A stretch of 64,000 nucleotides of DNA, taken from assembly GCA_002245135.1 (NCBI GenBank), contig NGBS01000021.1, positions 1 through 64,000 on the forward strand, given 5' to 3'. The notes under the pieces were generated by a model that saw only the letters and a program-made list of their open reading frames with translations, was not told the DNA's origin and did no database searches. The translations under genes were made by a program, and so were the position numbers. This DNA comes from Proteromonas lacertae (taxonomy: Eukaryota). Positions 10,969 to 24,549 of the stretch are shown here, piece by piece (position 1 is the first letter of the stretch; each line of letters begins with the position of its first letter).

Positions 10969-12039
10969 ATGGCTAGGACTAGACCAAGTTGTTGTATGAG
11001 AACAGGAAGATGTAATGTATTAATATTTGTCTATTTATTTTAGTATGCAACAAATGATAAAGAAAATGAGCATTTAAAAGCTCAATTAGAAACTGGTATA
11101 ATTTATATCTATACTTTTATAGAAGATAAACATATCTATAATGAATTAAAGAACACAGACAGCATAATTGTTCTTAATGATATAAATTTTTGTTGCCATT
11201 TTATATTTGAAATTTTAACCAGGAGTATAGGAGTTGATAACAGTTTTATAATGGTTCTAGTTGTTATTGTGGATGAAATATCAAAATTAATTCACAATTT
11301 CAAATATGATCTTATTAAAGACTGGTTAGAGAGCACAGTTATATTTATCTTATTAAAATATTACCAATATATATTATTATTATCCAAATACTCCAAAAAA
11401 ATACTTGATAACATTTATCCTCATTTACATTATCTTCATAATATTATACAAACAATAGAAAAGTATAATGGATTTAATGATATAAATATTTTAAATGCAA
11501 TGGAAAAGTTTCTTTTATATAACACTAATCTATCAAATATGGATTCTAATCGAAGAAAAGCTTTATATAACAATTTGGATATATGTAGCAGAAAATTCAA
11601 TAATACATATACTACAGAATTCATTAATTCATTCATTAGTGATTTTAAAATAACAATTATAGAAAATGAATTCAATTTAGAAAAATATTATATCAATTAC
11701 TTATATAAATATTATCCTAGTAATTATGCACAGTTTTACAATAGAAATGATAATGATATAGAGTTAACATTTTTCAAAGATTCATCTAATATTATGTCAT
11801 TGTGTTATAAATTAGAAGATGAGGTTAAACAAAAATAATCAAGTTATAAAAGGAAGCAAAGTTCATTTATAGAAAGTGAAGAAGAGAATAAAACAAAAAA
11901 ATCAGATTCTTTACTAAAGTAAATAATGAAGAAGAAGTTAAAAGAAGAAAGAGAAAAAGAAGAATATGAAAAAAAGCAGCTAATTATGCTTTTAAAACAA
12001 AACAAACTTGACGTAGTAGATGTGGATGAAGAAGATTGA
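10969..12039 (+). CDS. Spliced hypothetical gene near the element end; two in-frame TAA at 11836 and 11920
   Basis: ATG 10969. Two 27-nt GT-AG introns (11017-11043, 11097-11123) join in frame to ORF 11251-11838. The frame continues past two TAAs to TGA 12039. TGTTTGTT at 12101. Confidence 0.55.
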
Positions 12040-12507
12040 TAATTATAATTAAAATATAATAAATAATTAATTAATTAATTAATATCACTGTTTGAAATGG
12101 TGTTTGTTTATTAATATATGTAAATTAGATTAGAAAGAAAATTCTATAAAATTATATTAGAATATTCTAGAAAATGCAAAAATAAATTATGACCTAATAT
12201 GACATAGGTCACGTATTTTTAAAAAGTTTGGTTTGGTGTGCCAGGAGCCCGAGTCATACGGCTCGGTGTGTCAGGTCCTTTATTCTATATTATTATTGAG
12301 ACTGTGCGCATTACACCTAATATGTTCCTTGAGTGTGTTAACAAGATAAAGGAAAATGACTATATAAATTATATTTTTATTTACTATTATTATAAAGAAA
12401 AGTAATTACTTATACGAAACATGCTGTTCAAGCAAAAAGTAATACATTAAAACAAGATATACTATATACTATACCAATGAAATAAAAAATTATTTCTAAA
12501 TATCACC

Positions 12508-15500
12508 TTATAATCTTACTCCTTCTTCTATTTGCTTATCTTCATCTTGTTTTTCAAATACAGGAATCTTTTTTAAGGTAGATTTAGATGTACTTCTTTT
12601 TCTAAATATTCCTGTTCTTAATAAACAAAATAATATCACTAATATCACTATTAATCCACCTGCTACTGACCCTATTGCTATTCCAACTATTGCTCCACTA
12701 TTTACATTACATTCACTTTCATCAATTACACTCCAAACACCTTTCATTATTATCAATCATTAAACATTTTCTTCTCTTCATTCCACTTTTTGCTCCTCCA
12801 CATTCTATCAACACTTCTTTTCCTCCTTTCTCAGCTGGAGTTCTTGGAAATCCAGAATCAGATTCACAATATATTGCTTCAAATTCGATCTCTACTTCCA
12901 CAGTCTCAATCTCTACAGATGGAGGATTTCGAATTGTAAAGGTATATTTCGTTTTTTCAACATATTCTAATGGTGATCCATATATTTCTCCAGATTTTGA
13001 ATCTAAGGATAAGCCTTTAGGTAATTCTGGATTTACTGAAATCTCAAGATTTGTTCCAACTGCAACAAATAGATATACTGATTTTACTGATTCACCAAAT
13101 TGGAATATTTTATTTGATATTTTTGTTGATGGAACTATCACTGGAATATCAGGAATTGAACATGATAATATAAATGAAAATGAAACTTGTTTTCCACTTC
13201 CACTTATTAAGATTGTGGTATTTACTGCATCAAAACTATTAGATATATAACCACTTATTCTTCCTTTCGAAGAATCAAATTTCAAAGTTGAGAATGGAAG
13301 ATTGGGTATGATTGAATAAACTAAATTCTTTCCAGTTATTCTTCCTAATTCTAATCCTTCATATTCTTTTCCACCTTCGATTGTTATATTATCTACATGT
13401 CTAATTATTACTGGTTCTACAGATTCTTCAACATTTATTGTGATTGGATTGGATATTTCACCAGCATCATTATAACATTTGAATGTATATGATTTATTAC
13501 TTGGTGGTTCTACATTTACTTTTCCACTTATTATTCCACTATTTTCATCAAATTTCAATCCTTCAGGTAATGCTGGTTCAATTGAATATAATATAGTTTT
13601 TGCAACACATTCATATGGTTGAATATCATCATAACTCATTCCAAATATCATTATCACTTCTTTTTCATATTTTATATTATTAGGTTTGCATTGGTAATGT
13701 CACATTCATTTCAATTGTTATTTCAACATAATCAACTTCATTTGAAGCTGTGAATTTACTTCTCATTGAATTCTCTTCAATCACCATTCCAGAAATTAAA
13801 CCACTTCTTTTGTCTAAACTCAATCCATTTGGTATTTCATCTACACTATATTCAATATTTTCACCTATCACATAAAATAATTTCAATTCTTTATATTCTT
13901 TACCAGCATCTAATATTACTGATTCATTACTCCAGATTTTTATTGGATTTTTGGAAGGTAAAACAGTTATGAATATTTCAATTGTTATACCTTCATCACT
14001 TCCTGAATAAGCATTATTAGCTTTGAAATAAACTGGTTTTGATGATTCTTCAATATATGCTAGACCAGATATTAAACCAGTTTTATTATCTATTCTTAAT
14101 CCACTTATTTCAGGATTCATTGAATAAAATACATCTTTTCCTGAAACTGTGAATAATCTCACATTTTCATAAAAATCACCTGCTTTGAATCTATAAGATG
14201 TTTCTTTACTAATTAAAGATGGACTTTCATCACATGTATTTTCGATTTCATTCCAAAGTTTATCATTATTACAGTATAATGTTCGATTTCCTGTTATACC
14301 TGATGTTTTACATCCAATAGTTATTTCTGTTCCAGTTACAGTTTCTGGTATATCTTCTGCAGCTTCACAATATCTTAATGGACATAAATTGAAGTTTATG
14401 TCATTTATATCAATTCTATAACTCTTTGTAGCTGTTACATTGAATCTAATTGCTGAATACATAACAGAAGTAGTATAATTGGAAAATACTCTCTTTAAAT
14501 TATCTGGATATGTTATATCAGTAAAATTACCAATTAAAATCCATTTTGAATTGTAATATCCTTCCACTGAAAAATTTCGTGGACCAGTATCTTTATCATA
14601 TGGACTGATACTGAATTGATTAAAATATGTATGAAAATGATCTTTATATCTCATTATTGCCCATGCAGGTTGTATAGTATAATACCAATCTGAATTTGGA
14701 TTCTCGTCAAAACCATAGGCAACATGTAAATTTGCATGTCTTGTATTTGTTTCAGTTACTCTTTTAGCGTATTTGTTAAGAATTAAACAATCTTCTTTAC
14801 TTCCAATTATTCTTAATAAAGATGAACTTATTTCAGGGAAATTGGTTTCTCCATTGAATTTGTGTAATTCAATCGAAATTTCAACTGCATTCTCTTCTAA
14901 CCATACAATTGGTAAAATAAATACTTCATCAGTTAAAACATCATATCGATTATTTGCCATTGTATCTGGAGATATTTCACCATTTGGTAAATTATTTCGA
15001 AAGATTTCTTTTCCATTCACTTTTATTATTATTCCACTTATATAACTCACTTTTAAAGCAAATCCATTATATTTATCTTCATAATCAAATACATCTATCT
15101 TTCGTATATAAATCACATTTCCAGATACTTTGTTTAATTCAGATAATTTGGATTTTGACCATGTTAAATGTTCAGCATTTGGATTATCCCAACCATCTTC
15201 ATATTCAATTGAATTTTCCCATTCTGCATTATAATCATAATCTAATGTTGAATAAAAACTCTTTTCCAGTTTTGAAACATCCTTAGATAAAGATGTTCTA
15301 TCCACTGGAATTCCATCAACTAATACATCAATAAATCCTTTACCATAACCTGAATACGAAGATGAGCTTCCTCTATAGACAGCAGTATAATTATCATTTA
15401 ATAAACAATAATCATAATCATAAATATTATCACTTTCCCATCCTTCTTCTGATCCTTTTAATTCAATTGTTGCAGTTTTATTTTCATTATCCATTTCAGA

Positions 15501-18500
15501 TGTTTTATAAAGACTAATTCCCCAATTACTGGGATTTGTACCTATACTACCATTCACATGAAAACTTATCAATATTTTACATTGTTTTGAACATAATTGA
15601 TTCATTGTCTCACCATAAAATGTTAAATTTAAATATTTAGGTGTTCCTCCATTCATATTTGATCCTGTTATTGTATATAGTTGTTTTGGTGATTCTTCTG
15701 TTACTACACCAGTTATTGCGCAACTCTTTTCATCAAAATGTAAGAAAGATGGTAATTCTGGAGATATTTCACAATTATCTAAAACATCTACTTCTGGTCT
15801 TATTTCCACTACATCATTCAAATAATATTCTTCTTTTCTATTCTTAGAATAATCAACAATTGGCTTTTTGGGGATTGTATTTATAAAAAGGTTATTTGTT
15901 GCAGAGTATTTAGCTTCTTCTTTATCTGCTATCTTTCCATCAGTATAAAACTCAAAGAAATATGTTCCATCTCCTCTTTGAAAATCATTATAATAGAATG
16001 TATAATTTCCAGGAATTAAACATAAAACTGGAAAATATAATGGAGGTAATCCTTTTGGAAAGGTATAAGAAAGAATAATTTTTCCATCTGATATATATCT
16101 ACATGTCATTGTGGTTGTTCGAATGTTCTTATCAACAAGTTTTACAAAATGAGGTTTATATTCACCAGAACATCCACTTATTACATTTGTTATAATTTTT
16201 GTACTTACATATTCATTGTTAGCATAATAGGCTCTAATTTCTAATTCATAATTATTTAAATATTCGGTTGCTATTACGGTTATACTTCCACTATATTTAT
16301 CATATGTAAATCCATCAGGAATAACTGGTAATTCATAAAAAATAACAGATCCACTTTCAATACTTATCAATAAATGACTTTCATTTCCAATAAAAAGATT
16401 CAATTTATCTAGTTTTATACCTTGATTATCTAAATCTTTTATATGTAATCCTTGAGGTTTTACATCTCCTATCACTTTTATAGATATGGTTGTGTTTACT
16501 GTTGAACCATCAGATAATTTACCATTTATCACATAAGATTTCACATCTTGAACTGTTGTAGCTGTTCCTCGAATTGTACAACCTGATAACTCTAAACCAG
16601 GAGGTAAACTAGGTTCAGATACACATTCACTTATTTCTTTATCTTCTTCAGTAAATGGAATATTGTCAGATATTCGATTATTCACTACATAAATTGCATA
16701 ACTAACTCGATATTCAAAATCTCCTCTTGGAACAAAATATAAAACATCTTTCAATTCTTTAAACTCTGAATCTAACTCATTTTTATAAGATAATTTTATT
16801 CCACTTCCTCCTACATTCTTCATATAATTCACTCTTATGAAGTGATATCCTTCACTCAAATATTTTGTTCCTGTTTTGCAACTCCAATCATGAATTCCTT
16901 TGTGGTTGATTATCTCAACATAATCAATGAATAACCAAGATCCTTGAACAGATGTTAAATTGAATGTATAATTTCCTGATGTTTCTATCTTTATATAACC
17001 TTCCCAATTTACTCCAAATTCACTGGCAAAATTGGGAGTTAAACCATCCCAAATTGATTGGATTGGATTATATTCTTCATTTATCTCATCTTCTAATCGA
17101 ATTATTTCAGTTGTTACACCTTCACTTAAATGAGTATAAGGATTTGAACAACTAGTATCAAATTCATCAGATTTTAAGATAATAAGCAACTATTCCTTTT
17201 ATATATTTATCAGCTATATCGATATGGATTTTCATTTCATTTGTTGTGGATGATTCGCTTGAACATTGCACTCTTAATTCTAAACTGCTTACTTCATTTA
17301 CATGTCCTTTTAATACATTTCTAGTTACATCAACTATTATTCGATCATCTCCTGTTGTACATTCACTTGTTTTTCCTCTTTCTACTTTGAAAGGAATTTC
17401 AAAATAAGTATTTAAAGGCATTGTAAAATATTCACTATCAAATAAAAGATAAGAAACAATATTATAACCAATTTTAGATTGATAAAAATGGATTGATTGA
17501 TCTTCTTCGCCTGGTAATTTCCATTTCAACATTAATCTATAAGTTGAATTATTATCCATTTCAGTACAAACACCTGAAGCACATAAATCTTGTTTTAATG
17601 AATAATGACCAACTATTCTGATAGTATGATATCCTGATGTTAAATATTTAGTTTGATCCGATTCCGTTTTATCCCACCAACCACATTTAGTAGAATAGGT
17701 TTTACGGTCACTTGTATTATATTTGCTATAACCATGTTCATATATTCCAGTATAGCTATTATCAATAGTAACATCGAATTTAGTAAAATCTGACTGTTTA
17801 TGAAAAGTATAACTAGCCGTATTCTTAGCATATATCACTCCTTCCATTGTATAATTCCAATAGAATACATTATGAGAAGATAAAAAACCATCTAATTTAT
17901 TATCCCATACTGAATAAGCATCTTCTCCATCTAAACCATCTAAATTGTCAATTGTTGTTTCTTTACTGTTATATACTGTTGTAATATATTTTTCATAACC
18001 ACATTTAAAACTATTTACATCATCCACTTTTATATTCAATCCAGATCTTATAACCTCAGCAGCTTTGGAGATTATTATTGTAGTTGGAGTTTTACTTTTA
18101 CCAGCTGGATTTTCACCATTTATTGTTATTCTATTATTATTAAATATCATTCATATATACGTTATTGGATTTTCAGGAGGTGATAATTCATCTATCTTTA
18201 ATATTCCATCATCAGAGATTGATATTGGATAGGAACCAGATGGATTAAAACTAATTGACCAACTTTTCACTCTCTTGTCACTTTTACAGGGAAATGAATC
18301 TGTTTGAATTGCTCCAATTGTCATTTTGACCAAACCACAAGTTATTATTGTTGGTATATCCCAAACTACAAAAGTAATTTAGAATATATACCTTTCATTT
18401 CGATATTAGCTTTCATTACTAAACTATCTGGTGTTGTTAATGTAATTGTATAGCTGGCTTGATATTCTTCAAGTGGAGTACCACTAATTTCACCTGATGT

Positions 18501-18722
18501 TGGATCTAATCTTAACCCTTTACTCAATGAAGGTGAAATTGAGAATATTCCTCCTTCTACAGTAATATTTGGTTTATTTGGGATAATTTTTTCACCAACA
18601 ACGTAATCTGGTTTAGGATTATCATAACTGAAAGACTGTTGAGCTTCTGTATAAGCTAAGCACAAACCTATATTGATGTATAACACGAATATACATATGA
18701 TGAAAATTATAATATCCTTCAT
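12508..18722 (-). CDS. Giant type I surface protein (~2,000 aa): signal peptide, repeated putative-Ig (He_PIG-like) domains, two PA14-like domains, discoidin/F5-8-like domain, C-terminal TM
   Basis: Repeated P.LP.GL.LD..SG.I.G motifs; PA14 pattern FGVNWEGYI...GNYTFNL...GYHFIRVNY; TM IVGIAIGSVAGGLIVILVILFCLL. Introns at ~18366-18391 and ~18131-18160. One-base frameshifts at ~17172, ~13689 and ~12747. Confidence 0.8.
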
Positions 18723-18954
18723 TTGTGTTTTTTGATTCTAGAAATTTCTAGTAACGACTCTTTTTAATTTTATATACACAACAATATACTTGCTCTTTTA
18801 AAAAGATCTAAAATATTATGATATAGATAATGCTATATTAATATGTATTTATGTATATTTTGGTGTGAATAATGAAATAATCACATTTGTATGAAATTAA
18901 CCTCAAATTTATCAAATTATGTTATATAATATCATAAATATAAATATATCATAA

Positions 18955-19665
18955 TTACATTTTAAAATTTAGACCAACTAAAAATGCCTGTAAATGAGTG
19001 CTGATTAAGTAATTATCTTCTTTCATCAATTCTAATAATAATATAATAATTATATATATACTATCAATAATCGTAAATGGATCATTTAATGGAACTAAAA
19101 ATACTTCTATATATTCTGTCTCTTCTAAGTTCGGTTTGGGATTTTTATTTACTTCTAAATCTCCATCAATTTCCATAAATACTAGTTGAGTGTTTTCTCT
19201 ACTTTTCCATTGATCAATTTGAGATATTGGCATTATTCTTGTGATTATTCCCTCATAACCTGTCTCTTCTTTTAATTCTCTAATTGCTGCATTTTTAACA
19301 CTCTCATTTTCATCCACTAATCCTGCAGGAACTTCTATACACATTTTACCTACTGGAACTCTATAATTTTTTATCAAAACTATCTTGGATGGTCCTTCTT
19401 TATATTTTATAATAGGGTATATCTCAACACCATCAACTGGTCTTTCTTTATGTGTTGTTCTTTCAAATACTTCGTAATCCTATTATCATTAAATAAAAAC
19501 AAATTATACTCTATCTTCTTTCCATCCTGGATATCTGTAATACACAAGACCACCTTGAATGTAATTGCCTCTCCATTTAATGTCAATATCACTGACCTAA
19601 TTATATTATAAATGTTTTATTAATACCTTTATTTCTTTCGGATCAAAATGAGCTCTATCTGTCAT
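18955..19665 (-). CDS. Nudix hydrolase, ADP-ribose pyrophosphatase (NUDT5-like), multi-exon
   Basis: Nudix box IEVPAGLVDENESVKNAAIRELKEETGY and LEETEYIEV. Confidence 0.85.
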
Positions 19666-19829
19666 GAATAGAGAGTTTTTAATTCTTTGGTTTATGAAAA
19701 AAATAAGTTTTTGGTAACCAAGTTTAAAAATTAAAGAACATCCAATTCTTTTTATTATCATATCTTAATAACAAACACTACAATATCTACACATACCCAA
19801 ATAGTATAGAAAAGAAAATTATCATTCAA

Positions 19830-20295
19830 TTACTTATCATGTGTGATTGGAAGACCTGCATTCTCCTCAAGGTATTTATTGAATGCTTCGACTGTTCTTG
19901 GTCCTTCATAGTGAATTGGTTCATTCTTATCTTCTCTTGAATAGAACTAAAATATCAAAATTCATAAAAATAAATACAAGAATAGTTGGAAATCCTTTTA
20001 CGCCAATGCTACGTGCAATCATTTCATTCTCTTCAGCATTGAGTGATCCAATGACGATTTTGTCATTCTTCTCATAGAGTTTTTCTAATTCAGTCCATGT
20101 AGGAGCTAATGCTTTGCAATGTCCGCACCATGGAGCATATACTTTCAAGAATACCTCAGTATCAGGATCGAAAATTGTCTGATAGAAGTTCCCAGTCTTC
20201 AATTCTACTGTTTTAGCCTAAAATAATAATAAGATAATTATAAATACATTAACATAAACAGCAGCAATTATTAATATGAAGAAAATACTTTTCAT
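19830..20295 (-). CDS. Secreted/ER single-domain thioredoxin (PDI family)
   Basis: Signal peptide exon, YAPWCGHCK active site, VKGFPTI, YEGPRT; two ~30-nt introns. Confidence 0.85.
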
Positions 20296-20353
20296 TTTTT
20301 TGAAACTGAAATACAATACAATGCAATACAATACAATACGTGTATTAGGAAGA

Positions 20354-21617
20354 ATGAAGAATTACTCATTGCTTCTATTGGTATTATTTATATCATTTGC
20401 ATATTCAAAAGAGTTAGTAGATATTTATGATGTTGATGATAAAGAAATGCTTAGAATTCAATTTATAAATGACAGAAATGGTATTTTTGTTTTTTAAAAG
20501 TGCTTAGATAAATTATTGAAGTTAAAATCTTTAACTGATAATGTTAAGAATTCATCATTAGTATAAGTTCTACATTTCTTATGTTTGTTAGTTCAATTCT
20601 TTCTCAATAGTTATGGCAAAAGGTGTACCTCCTTCTGTAGAAAATATCACTTTTTATCCAGAAGGTACTACTATGTTAGGTTTTTATGACAATCCGTTTG
20701 AAGGAGTTGATAGTTTTATTAAATATATATATTCACTACTTTCATTAGAAGATATTTCATATTTTGAAACTCCAAAGTTTGTATATAGCCAACTTAGTGA
20801 TGCTTATATTTGTACTGAATCTTTATACAAATGGATATATTTCAGTAAAGAAAAGGGATTGAAAGGAAACTCAAAATGGATAAGAGACAATATTGTAAAG
20901 ATAATGAATAGTGAATATTATTCATTTGAATGGAAATTAGAGAAGAATATAATGAGAATGGAAATGTTATTATATAATCCTATGGATAAGAAATTATTGT
21001 CTAATTTTTCAGAGGTAAATAAGAATATAAAAATTGAATCAAAAACTTCACTAAAGTCAAATTCTATATTAGCTTCTTATCTTTATGAAAAATCATTATT
21101 TAATGGTCAATTAACTATCATATTAAACAATCCAAATGATTATAAAATGAGTGGAATAATAAATGTAATATTACCTCAACTGATTATTCCTGAATTTTAT
21201 AAACAAAAGATTACAGTGAATAATATTGAAGATAAGAAAAAATCAATAGAAAAGGTGTTTAATATTTATGAATTAAATAGTAAGAAATCGATACTTTATA
21301 GTCAAAATATCACTATAAATGAAAAATCAAATTATATTTGGGTTATTCCTTATAAAAAAACATTTATGAATTTGAAAAGTTATCCTTCTAATTGTGCACA
21401 TGGTTTAGATGTTCCTCCAATAGAATTTATTACAGCAAATAATAGTGAAATATACCATTCAACATTATCCACTACCATATTTCCATATCCAGATTTCAGT
21501 ATGATTTATAATATGGTTTGTTTTATTTCAGCTTGCTTATGTTTGCTTGTTACTCAGATATTAAGTCCAATTTCTTATATTCCAAACAAGAAAGAAGAAA
21601 AGAACAAGAAAGAATAA
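20354..21617 (+). CDS. PIGT: GPI transamidase subunit PIG-T/Gpi16-like
   Basis: Signal peptide, ICTESL, YPSNCAHGLDVPP and PYPDFSMIYN motifs, C-terminal TM and KK tail. Confidence 0.75.
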
Positions 21618-21657
21618 TATTTATATATTTTATTGTTATTTTAGTATTGTTTTTTGT

Positions 21658-24444
21658 TTAGTTTTTAATTCTATTTGATATTTTCATCAATAATTCCAAT
21701 ACTCCTTCATTCTCATTATCAACTATATATGAATGAGGATTTTCCAAGAATTTATTAAATTTCATCAAAATATTACATTTTAACTTTAACACTTTATTTA
21801 GGTATTGTCTATTTACTTTCAAACTGTAATTATTATTTATTCTATACACACAATCACCTAACAATGTGTTAACCTCAACCTTTTCTTTATAATCAAGACT
21901 ATGACATAATAACAACAATAGCAATGGATTGATAATACTAACCATTTTATAAAACGAATTACTTCTTCGTAGAAAACATAATTCATTAAAAACAATCACA
22001 GTTGTATCTCTACTTCTAATAAATGAATCACGAGAAATACAACTTCCTGGAAATATATAACCACCAGTATCTTTGTTAATAAAAGTTGAATTCTTAATAT
22101 ATCCACTTCTACATGCAATGTTTGGATATAAACCCATTGTGATTATTGAGTTAATATAGTCGAAGTTATTACTATACTTATTAATTACTAAAAGATCTTG
22201 TCTTTCAATGATTTTATGCCTTATAAGTATATCCTTGATTTCTATAACTATATTCTTTGCATATTCAACCTTTTCTAATAACAGGAAATTATCTTCACAG
22301 TATTTCTCTAATTCAGATGGAAATAATTCTTCTAATTCATTGAATATGTTTCTATAGAAAATAAAATTCAAAATATCTATACAAGTAACAAATAAAATCA
22401 CTATCAATAGATCTACTCATTCTCTTTTTATAACTATTGTTTCTATTCTTTTCATAATCATTATGATGTATTTTGAAAATATCTTTAACTGACAATATAC
22501 TAATGATCTTTAGAATTGAATCAAAACACTTAAACATTACACCAAATAATAACAATTTTGCATAATTTGGTTGTAATGGAATATCTACTAGGAAATGACC
22601 TAACCTTGTTAATTTTTCTTCATTTGTTAAAGCACCAATTGAAATTAGGTTACTTAATCCTTTCATAACATTCTCTCTTTCAGGAGGATCTAATAATCTC
22701 CCTAAGAATTCTTCAACTCTAAAATTCATTTGTCTATCTAATGATCTACTTCTTAATATCACTTCATCTAATGACATTCTTTGAATTTCTGGAATTGGAT
22801 AAGGTTCAAATCTCATGAAATCATTTTTTGTATATAAATGATAACAAATACCATTCTTTGTTCTTCCTGCTCTGCCTTTTCTTTGAATCACATTTGCTTG
22901 AGATATATACTCCGTAGTTAATGATGTAACACCACTCTTTGGATTATATACATTTACATTGGCTAAACCTGTATCAATAACATAAGATATTTCATCCATA
23001 GTCACAGATGTTTCTGCAATATTTGTGGATAAGACTACTTTTCTATCTCCATCTGTTGGAATGAACACTTTATTCTGATCTTCTGCTGATATTTCACTAT
23101 GAAGGAGTATGATATTCATATCATTAGCATGTATTTTTTCTTCTAATTGTTTTTTTACTTCACAAATATCTTTCCATCCTGGTAAAAACACTAAAATTCC
23201 TTCTTTAGGATCATTGGACTCTAAATGAATATCTCTTATTATATCAGCAACAAGATTATAGTTAACTTGTAAGTCATTTTCCTCTTCATTTGTATTATTT
23301 TCTATTGCACTGGTATACTTGTATTTAATATCTTCTAAATAGATATCTTCTACATCATATTCTCTTCCTGTCACTTGTACATGTTTACTTCCTGGTAAAT
23401 ACTCCATAAATTTATCCACTTGGAATGTAGCACTCATGATTATTACATGAATATTTGGATTTAGTTTTAATAATTTGTCTTTCACATATACTAATAAGAA
23501 ATCTAAAAATTGATCTCTCTCATGAGCTTCATCAATTATTAAATGAGTTATTCCCTCTAGCTTAGGATCATTATTCAATCTTCTTAATAATAAACCAGTT
23601 GTTACATATTCCAATTGAGTTTTACTACTCCATTTTGAATCAAATCGAATTGAATATGCAATTGTATCTCCCACCTCTTCTCCTCTTTCCTGAGCAACAC
23701 GAGTTGCTAAACTGATTGATGATATACGTCGAGACTGACAACAGATTATACATGCTTCTGGACCTAATTCTTTATCGTTTAATATCATTTGAGGTACTTG
23801 TGTGCTTTTACCACATCCTGTTTCACCTGTTATTATAGTTATTATATTGGACTTTATTGCAGCTATAATGCTATCTTTTTCTTTTGTTATTGGCAATTCA
23901 TTAACAGGTTGTCCATATTGCTCTATTTTCTGCTGTATTTTATTCCATCTTTCTAGCCAAGCTTCTTTATCCCTTTCAAGTATATTCTCTTCACTTTGTT
24001 TCTCAATAACTCCACTACAGTATATTAAAAGAAGTAATTATACAATAAATTACTATCATTAATATCAGTATCTATATTAACAATATTATTTCTTATCAAG
24101 TACATGTCTACATCTGATTCACAAACAGTTGGACATTTTAACTCAAATTTAGGCTTTTTAACAAGTACACTTTTACTTACTCCTAATTTAAACTATATAA
24201 TATATAAATCATACCACCACTAACAAATTCAGAATCAAGTCCTCTTTGTCTTGCTAAATTACATATTTTGCCATTTTGCTCAAATGTGTACCCTGAAAAT
24301 GTGGTACCTATATTATTATATTATGTTATGAATAATACTATCTCTGTCAGACTTTTTAAATACATTAATTTCATCAATCACTCTTTTATTAAAATTTTTT
24401 CTTTGATTTGAAATAAATCTGTTGTTATATCTACCGTTCAGCAT
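21658..24444 (-). CDS. DEAH-box RNA helicase (YTHDC2/DHX36-like), paralogue 1
   Basis: [34 protein letters not shown]2 region; short introns; degenerate R3H-like N-terminal exons. Confidence 0.88.
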
Positions 24445-24549
24445 GATATTTTGAAATGATAAGTTAGTCACAGTGAATGTCGAGCTTTTTGTGAAAGTTT
24501 TTACATAAATCCAAAACCAACAACTCTATAACTAAAGAATTACAATATT

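Larger units (their letters stand above)
1..12303. mobile_element. Endogenous Polinton/Polinton-like virus, right portion (left end outside window; right end tentative)
   Basis: Largely intronless compact gene block containing A32-like ATPase, double jelly-roll-type major capsid candidate, penton candidate and Arg-rich core-like proteins. A GC-richer structured segment at 12190-12303 precedes the return to host genes. No pPolB, integrase or protease seen in the window. Confidence 0.82.

Noticed and set aside
3360..11922. Alternative genetic code (TAA = Gln) in the virus
   Set aside because: Most viral genes end at TAA at sensible positions and long ORFs use CAA freely; nonsense mutation is simpler.
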